NCBI GenBank assembly: GCA_037447605.1
Contig: CM074818.1
Coordinates: 689,422 to 753,421, forward strand
Length of the DNA stretch: 64,000 nucleotides
Origin: Zygnema circumcarinatum SAG 698-1b
Taxonomy: Eukaryota > Plantae > Zygnematophyceae
Direction: 5' to 3'
This document shows positions 1 through 21,822 of the stretch, piece after piece. The first letter of the stretch is position 1; the number at the start of each line of letters is the position of its first letter. The notes under the pieces were generated by a model. That model was not told the origin of the DNA. It did not search any database and saw only the letters and a list, made by a program, of their open reading frames with translations. Position numbers and translations under genes: made by a program.

Positions 1-880
1 AGCCTATCCCTTGAAAGAATCAGATCTTTGAAGGAGTTGCTACAGGCAAATTTCAAAATGTCAGGTCTGGGAGAGGCGCAGTATGTGCTGGGAATGCAGC
101 TGAAGAGGGGGCAGGATGGAAGCTTGTTTCTATGTCAAAGGAAGTATGCTTCAGATGTGCTTGCCCGATTTCGAATGGAGGATGCTAGGCCGTGTACCAG
201 CCCCATGGAGATCGGCACTAGGCTTTCGAAGGAGATGTCACCTTCGTCGGATGCGGAGGCACAGAAGATGTTCGGAGTGCCATACAGATCCGCGATTGGG
301 AGTCTAATGTACTTGATGATCGGAACGCGTCCGGACTTGGCGAAAGCGGTGAGCTCGGCCAGCCAATTCATGGAGAATCCGGGCCTCGAGCATTGGGAGG
401 CAGTGAAGAGGATTTTCAGATATGTGAAGGGGACGCTCGATTACGGAATCAGGTATGAGAGGGGGCCAACCAGAGTGATTGGCTATACAGACTCAGATTG
501 GGGAGGAGATGTCGATACGTCACGCTCGACTTCGGGTTTCGTTTACCTGAATGGAGGAGGAGCGATTTCGTGGAGTTCCAAGTTGCAGGACTCGGTGGCG
601 TTATCGAGCACGGAGGGCGAGTACATGGGTGCTTGTCATGCTTCGAAGGAAGGAGTGTGGTTCATGCAGTTCTTTGAAGAATGCAAGAGGGACCAACGAC
701 CGATTACCTTGTTTACCGACAATCAATCGTCGATTGCCCTGGTGGGAAACCCTGTGTTCCACAAGAGGACCAAGCACATTCGGGTGCAGTACCATTACGT
801 ACGAGAGTTGGTCGAGGAGGGCTTGATTGAGGTGAAGTTCGTAGGCACCAAGGAGCAGGCCGCAGATATGCTAACAAAGG
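1..880 (+). mobile_element. Ty1/copia LTR retrotransposon pol, RT C-terminus plus RNase H (5'-truncated by the window, 3' end runs into an N gap)
   Basis: ORF 28-921 has copia motifs YRSAIGSLMYLMIGTRPDLA, HWEAVKRIFRYVKGT, GYTDSDWGGD, SWSSKLQDSVALSSTEGEY, TDNQSSI and HKRTKHIRVQYHYVRE...QAADMLTK. The residues after the N run at 881-890 are not pol. Confidence 0.96.
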
Positions 881-890
881 GNNNNNNNNN

Positions 891-1294
891 NGATCGGGAT
901 AGGGCCCTTGCGGGCCACTAGCCGATGTTGTGAGCTTCGTAACATGGTAGTGTCACGGATGTTGTGACATCGTATATAGTGTGTTGTTTTGTTTGGTTGT
1001 TAATCTTTTACTTCTGATTATCAACGTAGCTATTGTAGACTCTGAGAAGCTGATGCTCGTGTTGCTGAACATTACACTTGCTTGTGCTGCGAGGTAGTGG
1101 GCTTTTGAGTTTATTGGGCTATTTGAGAGGGGGTCTCTCATTTTGTGTTGATAAGATTATTATTAAGGAGTTTTAAAGCCGAGAGCTTTCTCCTATCCTT
1201 TTCTCTCTGTTATTCCGCTGTGCATATTCTGAGAGGTTCACTCTGTGAGTAAAATGGGCTATGAGTGAATGTGAGAGTTTGGGAAATGTCATCA
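891..1294 (+). mobile_element. Probable partial LTR (3' portion), related to the LTR at 1851-2755
   Basis: Three collinear shared blocks with 2379-2656: GATCGGGATA-GGG..CTTGC (892/2379), GAGGTAGTGGG (1091/2536) and TAAGGAGTTTTA (1164/2645). The CA end at about 1294 is a guess. Confidence 0.5.
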
Positions 1295-1380
1295 TCGATT
1301 GGAACGCGAACTCCGATGGAAGGTGATGCGAGTGGAGAAGCCGGCAGCAGTGGAGGAGTCCCTCCACCAACAATTGAGAG

Positions 1381-1409
1381 AGTTTTTTTTTTTTTTTTGT
1401 TTGTGAAAG

Positions 1410-1442
<33 letters not shown>

Positions 1443-1623
1443 TTTTTGTTGTGTTTTTGTTGTTTGTTTTTGTTGTTTGTGGTTGTTGTGTGTGTTGTTT
1501 TTTTTTTTTGTGAAAGTCACACACGAAAATACACAATCACAAACACTCACACACACACACACACACACTCTCACACACACACACACCCACACACACACAC
1601 ACACACTCTCACACACACACACA

Positions 1624-1636
<13 letters not shown>
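1381..1636. repeat. Compound microsatellite: poly-T, (GTT)n, then (CA)n
   Basis: Directly visible. Confidence 0.95.
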
Positions 1637-1654
<18 letters not shown>

Positions 1655-1838
1655 CAAGTACGAACCTTTTTTCATCACGATCTTATGTTTCCGAATTTTT
1701 TTTGATTTTTTCGAACATCGTCATCTCCAGGACCGGGTCCTTCCGAAATCTGTCCATGGTTATTTGCTATACAATACATGAGTGTTAGTGTAAAGTAGTT
1801 AAGGACTTGTTGTACACTAAGTTGTTGGTACTAAGTTC

Positions 1839-2755
1839 TAAAGAGGGGTGTGCTCAAAAGTGTCCACATTGTACGGAGGGGCGTCTAGGCGACCGTACAA
1901 GTCTTTAAGGGGTGTGCGTATAGCGCGAGAGTCTGATTTGGCAAGGCAAGGCATCAGAATGTCGGTGGAGCCAATCAGTGGTACGATTTGTAAGGCCAGG
2001 ACCTCGAATGTACGGACATTGGTCGGTGGCGCGGCGCGGCGTGGCGGAGTCAGATGTGACGTGGCGCGACGCGACAAATCGAGAAGTGACGCGGCGCGAA
2101 TCAGCGCGCGGAGCAGAACTGACAAGGTACGGAGTCAGCAATGATTCATTTGGAGGACAGTGGCGAATCGGAAGGCGCCACGTGTCGGGTTAAAGGGAAG
2201 GCCTGTACGGCCTAGGTCGGTGGCGCTCGTAGGCTTACGGGGTCCCACATGACGCCAAGTAATGAGGAGTCAGATCCTACGGTGGAGGACTCGGATGGAG
2301 ATAAGGCTGAGGCGGATCTGACGGCATTGATGTGCTGGATCCGTGCAAGCTGAGGAGGATCCGACGGCGCGAGATTAGGATCGGGATAAGGGTCTTGCAA
2401 GGCGTAGCATGTGCGGCCGTGACGTGACAATGTCACTAATGGCGCCATATTGTATTTAAGGCTTAGATTGTTTGGTAGAAGTTAACCTTCTCGTGACTCA
2501 CATTGGGGAGTGAGGCTATCTTGCTTAGGGCCAAGGAGGTAGTGGGAAGAGTTCAGCTTGTAGTGGGTGGTTTTTTCTCGTTGCTTTATTAGAGGTGCTT
2601 GAAGCTTGGCTCTAGTGTTGTCAAGTTGTGTTTCATCTTTATCATAAGGAGTTTTAGGCTGGTGGCTTCCTCCTTGCATTTTCATGTTTCCGCTGAGTTG
2701 TTCTCTTGCATTTGCATGTTTTGTATGATTGAGCAATTCATTGAAAAATGTAAAG
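1839..2755 (+). mobile_element. Polypurine tract plus probable LTR, truncated by the 100-N gap
   Basis: AAAGAGGGGTG (1840-1850) is immediately followed by TG (1851), the copia PPT|LTR arrangement. The distal part is homologous to 891-1294 and no coding signal is evident. Confidence 0.55.
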
Positions 2756-2855
2756 NNNNNNNNNNNNNNNNNNNNNNNNNNNNNNNNNNNNNNNNNNNNN
2801 NNNNNNNNNNNNNNNNNNNNNNNNNNNNNNNNNNNNNNNNNNNNNNNNNNNNNNN
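2756..2855. other. Scaffold gap (exactly 100 N)
   Basis: N run. Confidence 1.
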
Positions 2856-3317
2856 TCAGTTACGTGTGCTTCTTCTCTCTCCTTTTACACCTCTCTCTTT
2901 TACTTTTCCATCCCCCCCCTCCCTCTCTCCCCTTCGCTCTCCCTTCCTCTCCTTCTCCCCTTCCCCCCCCCTCCATCTTTCCACATCCCCTTCCCTCCTC
3001 CCTTCCCCTTTCCCCTCCCCTCCCTTCCCCCCTCTACCCCTCCCCCAACCCCAACTCCTCACCCCAAAACCCGACACCTTAACCCTCCCCCTCTCCCCTC
3101 CCCCTCCCCCTCCCCCTCCCCCTCCCCCTCCCCCTCCCCTCCCCCTCCCCTCCCCTCCCCTCCCCTCCCCCGCCCTCCCCTCCCCTCCCCTCCCCTCCCC
3201 CTCCCCTCCCCCCTCCCCCTCCCCTCCCCTCCCCCTCCCCCTCCTCCCCTCCCCCTCCCCCTCACCCCAAAACCCTAACCCTCCCCCTCCCCTCCCCTCC
3301 CCCTCCCCTCTCCCCAG

Positions 3318-4357
3318 CCTGAACTCCGCTGGGCTCCTCCGCGCCCTTGCCACGTGGCTGGACGTCCACGTGGGCAGCGTGGAGCTGATCGCGGGCGCCC
3401 TCGGGCTGGCCTCCGCGGTGGTCGACAACGTCCGCTGAGTGCCGCCCGCGTGGGCATATATGCGACCTGCGGCGCCGCCCGGACTCGCGGCTGTGGCAGC
3501 TTGTGGCGTGCCTGCTTGGCGAGACGCGGGGGTCCATCCTGGTCATAGGGTCCGCCGCGGGGGTGGCCTTCATGGGCATGGAGAAGGCGGACTTCTTCTG
3601 GTACATGAGGAAGGTAGGGGGGATGAGAGGGAATGAGAGGATGAAGGATAAGGGAAGAGAAAGAACAGAGATAAGGTGATGGGAGCATTGAACATGGGTC
3701 ATGGGGATGGGTGAAGAGAGGGAATAAGAGAATGAAGGCATGAGAGAGAGATGGGTGGTGGAAGAGATGAGAGATGAGAGATGGGGATGATGAAGTGGGG
3801 TGATGAGAGGATGAGGGGGGCGGAAAATGAGACATGTGGCATGGGGCATGGGGTATGGGGCATGTGGCATGGGGCATTGGACATGGGTCATGGGGCATGG
3901 GGCATGAGGCCTGGGGCATGGGTCATGGGGCATGGGGCATGGGCCCTGGGGCCTGGGCCATGGGCCATGAGGCATGGGGCATAGGGATGCGGATGCGGCT
4001 TTTCTCCTGTGTCTCAAAACGACCCTATGTAGGGTTTTTTTTAGGGTTGTTAGGGTTTTTACGATTTTTAGGTTTTGCTCATGCCCTGATTGATGCATTT
4101 GGATGGTTCTCGGGTCACTCCGAAGCCCATTGAGGCTGCTGCTGCTGCTGCTGCGGACTCGCAGGGGTTCAGAGCAGGACCGACTGTCTGACTTAGGGTT
4201 TAAGCGCCGCTCTGCCCTCCGATTGGGTGGTTGCTGCCTGCAGGTGAGCGGCGTGGCCCTCGCGGGGTACACGGCGGGCATCGCGGTCTACTTGGCGGCC
4301 TCCCATTGGACGGAGATCCTGCCAGGGTTCAGCGTGGCGGGCCTCCTGCCCCTCTGA
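3318..4357 (+). CDS. NHD1: NhaD/NHD1-type Na+/H+ antiporter, last two exons (3318-3613 with frameshifts; 4244-4357)
   Basis: Reads LNSAGLLRALATWLDVHVGSVELIAGALGLASAVVDNV / VGIY / DSRLWQLVA / GSILVIGSAAGVAFMGMEKADFFWYMRK|gt, then ag|VSGVALAGYTAGIAVYLA...PL*. This matches the NHD1 C-terminus (SAIIDNVPLVAA...GGSMLVIGSAAGVAFMGMEKVDFFWYFRKVSGFAFAGYAAGIA). At least two frame changes occur in 3430-3482. Confidence 0.92.
3834..3990. repeat. (GGGGCAT)n-like degenerate 7-mer repeat in the NHD1 last intron
   Basis: Directly visible. Confidence 0.8.
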
Positions 4358-4559
4358 AAGGGCGCCTCGAGGGTTTAAGGCTTTAGGGTTGAAAAAATAG
4401 GGTTTAGGGCTGAGGGGGGTTTAACGAGGGAGAAAAAAAAAAAAGTCGGAGCCACGCCTTCTTCTATTTTTTGGCTAAGGGTCGGACCGCCGCAACCGTT
4501 GTTTGCTCTCTAATAATGTATGTACAGGTCGGAAGGTTTGGCGTCACGTGACGAGATGT

Positions 4560-4790
4560 GACGGCCTCATGCATGGGTATGCGTCTGCATGCACTCATGC
4601 ATGAGGGTATGTGATGTGTCATGGGAAGGCTTGGCATGGGTAGGACATGGGTTCTGGTGCATGTGGACCATAGGTATGCATGCATGCATGCATGCAGCAT
4701 GGCATCCAGTGCATGCCTTTCCATACCATGCCATGCCATGCGACGTATGTGTTATGGGCTCGTGGCGCATGTTTCCGACACATGGCATAA
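4560..4790. repeat. CATG-rich repeat, related in inverted orientation to 32330-32490
   Basis: (CATG)n/(CCATG)n runs; GCATGTGGACCAT at about 4659 is the reverse complement of ATGGTCCACATGC at about 32472. Confidence 0.65.
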
Positions 4791-5403
4791 CATGTGACCC
4801 GTTTTCTATAGTCGGCTGTTGCAGTTAAACTGTCTGTAAAATGTCACTGCTTTTAGGCATGCCGAACTGGGTCAGGTACATGGAACGCGAGACATGAAAC
4901 TCAGCCTCCATGTTTGAACGTTTCGCAACTGACGCTGTTTACTGGCTCCATGCACATGAAGGCCTGGTTTTGAACGGGGCACAGAACGGTAGGAACTGGT
5001 CCTTCCATGTCAGTTTCTCCGTTTTTTCTTCTCCTGATTTTATGGAAATGATCACATTCCTCTCCAACCACTTCGTGACACGCGTCACGAGCCACGTCAT
5101 CCACAGACTCAATCGGGAATATCAGCCGTCCGATTCCGCATCCAACGGTTAGAAATCGACAAATGTAACCTTTAGGAAGGCAACAAAATATGTCAACGTC
5201 GGACATGAAGGTGTCATCATTACAAGATTAGGGCAAGACCGTACACTTTTGGACGTACGTCCACGCCAGGGAATGTTTTCAACCAATGGCACACTGCCAC
5301 GCTAGCAAATATTTTCGCTGGGCAATAATTTAAGCTGGTTCTCAGCCCACCAATCAGCGAAGACGCCAACGGCTGTTCGTACAGGTAAATTGCATTTTTT
5401 TGT

Positions 5404-6001
5404 GGAAAATTCTATTCTCACACCTTTTTTGTATACACACAGGCCTCTTTTCGCCGGGCAGATTTTAAAATAGCACAAAAAAAGAACACACCTTTCACAC
5501 CTTCTCACCTTTTTTTTTTCACCTTTTTTTTCCCACCTTTTTGAAATCGATACACACCTTTCTCCATCGGGCAGATTTTACCCCTTCTTGTTTTTTTCAA
5601 AGNNNNNNNNNNTGGAGCCGGCTTGGGTGGGACACGTGGGACAGAGCCCGGCTGCTGATCGAACGGTGATCTGCCATGGTGCGATCTGCGTGAATATCGA
5701 CGGCGGAAAATTATTGCACGTGTGAAGGACGGCCACCCGCGAACGATCTCGTGGCGGACGGATCTTCCGCTCCGAGCGGATTCGGGCAGGCAGATAAGGA
5801 GTAAAATCTGCCCGACAGAAAAAGGTCTCACGGCGCTCGGCCGCTCAGCACTAGTAGCGTGTATCGATTCCAAAAAGATGTGAAAAAAAAGGTGAAAAAA
5901 AAAAGGTGTGAAAGGTGTGTTCCTTTTTTGTCTATTTTAAAATCTGCCCAGCGAAAAGAGGTCTGTGCGTAGACAAAAAAGGTGTGAGAATAGAATTTTC
6001 C
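5404..6001. mobile_element. Non-autonomous foldback / Mutator-like element 1 (about 150-bp TIRs, 8-bp TSD TTTTTTGT, internal 10-N gap)
   Basis: The left arm GGAAAATTCTATTCTCACACC...TTTCGCCGGGCAGATTTTAAAATAG is the reverse complement of the right arm ending GAGAATAGAATTTTCC (6001). Flanks are TTTTTTGT at 5396-5403 and 6002-6009. Confidence 0.8.
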
Positions 6002-6010
6002 TTTTTTGTA

Positions 6011-7119
6011 GGGTAGTGATATTTCCACCCCTTTTTTGGATCCAAACACCCCTTCCCGGCCGGGCAGATTTCAAAAAGGATTAAAAACGGAAAATGCTTT
6101 TTTCACACCTTTTTGGAATCGATACCCACCCTCCATCGGCAAATTTTATTTCTGCGAAACAAGGAAAATGATAACCCGTCACCCCATTTTGAATATCCCG
6201 CCTACCTGAATTTTTTTTCACGCGTGCGGTCATCGCAGCCGTCGATTCCCTCGCAGATCGCAACACGGCAGATCCCTATTTGATCTGCAGCCGGGCTCGG
6301 TCACAGCGAATGGCACGTGCCCACGTATCCCGCCAAAGTCGTCTCAAAAGTTTGTCCGTACAAATGTCGTACGGACGCAACTTAAGGAACCCAGAATTTC
6401 GTACATTAGGGGGTGTCAGACTTAACAAAATCTTACGAAAAGCGTTACGAAAAAAAAGGTTACGAAAGTACTCCGCCGCAGAAGGATCGCAATTATACTG
6501 GAGTACTCGTTCTGATGTCAAACTTACGAACACGCGTACTGAAATTTTTTAAGTCTGACACCCCCTATTGAGAGCTTGGACCAATCAAAATTTTCCACGT
6601 CAAAAAATGAAACACGTGGCAGAGTTTTATTGGCTTGGAACTAACAATGACGAGATCTCGGGCCGAGGGACGCGCGCACTCGTACGTGCGATCCGGCTTT
6701 GACGGGACTCGTGGGCGCTTTCCATTCGCTAAGATCGAGCCCGGCTGCAGATCGAACGGTGACCTGCAGTGGTGCGATCTGCGAGGGAATCGACAGCTGC
6801 GATTGACACACACGTGTGAAGGACGGACATCCGCGAGCGATCTCGTGGCGGACGGATCTTCCGCTTCGAGCGGATTCGGGCAGGCAGATATTTCATTCCC
6901 TCAAAAAAAAATTCAGGGAGGCGGGATACAGTATTCAAAATGCAGTGACGGGGTATCATTTTCCTTGGTTAGCAAAAATAAAATCATCCGACGGAAGAAG
7001 GTGGGTATCGATTCCAAAAAGGTGTGAAAAAAGCATTTTCCCTTTTTAATCCCTTTTGAAATCTGCCCGGCCGGGAAGGGGTGTTTGGATCCAAAAAAGG
7101 GGTGGAAATATCACTACCC
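6011..7119. mobile_element. Non-autonomous foldback / Mutator-like element 2 (about 300-bp TIRs, 8-bp TSD TTTTTGTA)
   Basis: GGGTAGTGATATTTCCACCCC...GGATCCAAACACCCCTTCCCGGCCGGGCAGATTTCAAAA (from 6011) is mirrored at about 7045-7119, and arm homology extends to about 6310/6720. Flanks are TTTTTGTA at 6003-6010 and 7120-7127. Block 6725-6890 is a direct homologue of 5640-5790. Confidence 0.85.
6409..6565. mobile_element. 157-bp MITE nested in foldback element 2
   Basis: 23-bp TIR with one mismatch (GGGGGTGTCAGACTTAACAAAAT ... ATTTTTTAAGTCTGACACCCCC), flanked by TA on both sides (6407-8, 6566-7). Confidence 0.8.
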
Positions 7120-7549
7120 TTTTTGTAGCGTTCTGATGCTTCAATTTGAGCTTTTGACCGCATCCGCAAAGTAACTTTTATGGGGTACCAACCTAGGAAG
7201 CCACGAAATATGTGTCGTATATAACCATCTTCCTTCTTTTCTGTCGTATTTAACCAGCCTCTTTTGTCCTCAGAGCAGGTTTCCGCACACTTGATCCTAA
7301 TTCAACTTTTGTCGTTTTGGGGCAGTAATCTTCACTAACGGCCTCATTTGTTGTCACCTTCCAACCATCGGATCAGCGTTCGTACGGCAGTGGACAAACT
7401 TGTACGAAAGTGTGCATGCTGCTTTACAGTAAGGGGGTCCTCATATTTTCCACCCTGGTTCCGGGCAATATGAGGCGAAAATATTAAATTTGCATATATA
7501 AGGTTCGTGTTACGAATAGACGGGCGGTATTATGTTAGAGTTCATGTTG

Positions 7550-7820
7550 GACCGTACGTATCGTACCGTACCATATCGTACCGTATCGTATTGTATCATT
7601 TAGCATCATATCGTATCGTGACATATCGTGACGCATATACTGTCGTATTGACCGTATCGTATCGCATCGTGTCGTATCGAAGTCAAGAAGACGGGGAGAA
7701 GAGCGAGCGCCTCTTACGGCGGCACGAGCGGGGAGATTAGGTGCGTTTTGCGTAAGCCCGTAACGGCTAGTACAGATAGTACGGTCAGTACGGTCAGTAC
7801 GGTCAGTACGAACAGTACGG
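7550..7820. repeat. (CGTAT)n-like pentamer repeat and short AGTACGGTC 9-mer tandem
   Basis: Directly visible; a reverse-orientation pentamer tract occurs at about 38725-38830. Confidence 0.7.
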
Positions 7821-8628
7821 CTAACACAAGTTACCGTACAAAAAAGTGGTTTCTGCAAAATTGGGGCGAAAATATTGAGGACGCACTCCTTGGGGTGGTA
7901 AATACGAGGACCCCCCACTGTACTGAAATGTAGGAACGCGTTGTACGGCACAGATTGTGGATGTCGGTGCATTTGTCTCCATCGAATATCTCAAAAAATA
8001 TTTGTTCGTTTGCGCAAATCCTTTTCCAATTTCGCAATCCAAATCTTAAAGTTCCCAAATTCAGATACGCGCCAGCTGTCTCGATTCCCATAATCAGATT
8101 TTGACTATTTATGGGTCGCAATATGTCCTTACCCAGTGAATCCCTTCGTCAAAAGCGAAACAATAATGCTGACTCTTTGTCGTATTACCCTCTCTGTCGA
8201 CCTTTTTTTGTCGTCACTGGCTTTCACAAGTCCTAAAACGACAAAATAAACACCCTGCAACAAGAGCAGTATGTCGTATGTGCAAGCGTAAAATTCAGAA
8301 GACGACAAAATATACCGCCCTGCTCGCGGCCGCCTGGCGCGTCGTTTTTCGCAGCGGAGCGAGCCCTGCGGCGCCTCCGCCTTTTGTCGCTTGCGGCGGC
8401 ACCGCCCTCCAGGGAGCGGCTGCCGCACAAAGGGAGTGAGCGTGAGTGCAAGGGCGAGAGAGGGAGGGAGAGGGAGGGAGGGGGAGAGAGGAAGGGAGGG
8501 AGAGGGAGGGAGAAGGAGAAAGAGGGAGAGAAGAGAGAGTGAGGGGGAAGGGAAGGAGAAAGAGGGAAGGAGAGAGGGAGAGAGAGAGGGAGAGTGGGGG
8601 AGAGGGAGAGAGAGAGGGAGAGGGAGCC

Positions 8629-20613
<11,985 letters not shown>

Positions 20614-21822
20614 GTTTGAGCTTCTGAGCTTTTGAGTATAGGGGAGGAGGGGGAGGAGCTGAGGGAGGAAGGAGGTGGGCAGGGGAGGGGAGGGGAGGAG
20701 GTTTGAAATATTATATATTTTTGGAGATAAGATTTAGTTAAAGTAAATAGTTTTATTTGTTATATAAAGGCTGATTTGACAGAAGCAGAAGAATATCATT
20801 TAATTATTTAAAGTACATTCATTTTTTTTTTTTTTTTTTCAAATGCAAAATTTTGCAGCAGGTAGCATGTGAGGTAGAGAGGCAGGCATTCGTTCGATTT
20901 TAGCATAGAGTTTAGAGGCTATTATTGTACCATACTATCATCAATTGTACCCCTTTTAATTATATATTCAATTGATGACTTGGCACAATCGTCTCCGAAC
21001 CATGAACCCTGAAATAGGGGATTTGCTGGAATCGAACCAGAGACCTTTTCTTGAAGAAAGAATCAAACCCGCCAACAGCATGAATCGAAGTTCCTAGAGC
21101 ATGAATTCTTCATCTTGTACAACATTTTGGACTTCCATTGCAATGGTTATCAACCATTGAGCGTCCAACCATTGCCGTCCAACGGTTGGCCAATGTTTCC
21201 GACCTGTGAAACCCTAAAACCCTCAAACCCTAAAAAGTCCCGAGTTCCGACCTAACCCGTTCCATGTCGACCGCTCCGTGACGGCTTGCAGCCATGTACG
21301 CAGTTCCGTGCGCCCCGTCGCCAGGAACTGCGAACTGCAGCTCCCTGTCATTGCGCTGTGCGCCCACTGAACTGTGCCGTGCGCAAGCGCTCTGAAATGT
21401 GATCTTAACCAATTCAACTAAAACCATAGCGGCACATCTTCCGTACGGTACAAACAGTACAGTACAGTACACATGACCGTACTGTCCCGCCCTTTTCTTT
21501 CTAAATTGCCTCGCTTTCCCTCCGCCTCTTCTCTCCCACTCGGCCTCTCTCCCTCTCTCTCTCTCTTTCCTTCCCTCCCTTCCCCGTTCTCTCCCTCTCC
21601 TTGCCTCCCTCTCTCCCCCTCTCTCTCTCCCTCCTTCCCTCCCCTCCCCGCTCTCCCCCCTCTCTCCCTCTCCTTGCCTCCCTCTCTCTCCTCTCTCTCT
21701 CCCTCTCCTTGCCTCTCTGTTCCTCTCTCTATCTCTCCTTCCCTCCCTTCCCCGCTCTCTCCCTCCCTCTCTCCCCCCCCCTCTCTCTCCCTCCCTCCTG
21801 TCCCTTCCCTCCCTCCTCCGCC

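Noticed and set aside
1300-1380. gag start and PBS after the first LTR
   Set aside because: There is no canonical PBS adjacent to a CA end, and the short [10 protein letters not shown] peptide runs into microsatellite.
21000-21100. tRNA gene on the minus strand
   Set aside because: A B box and partial T and anticodon arms are present, but no acceptor stem or D arm. It is kept only as a possible SINE relic.
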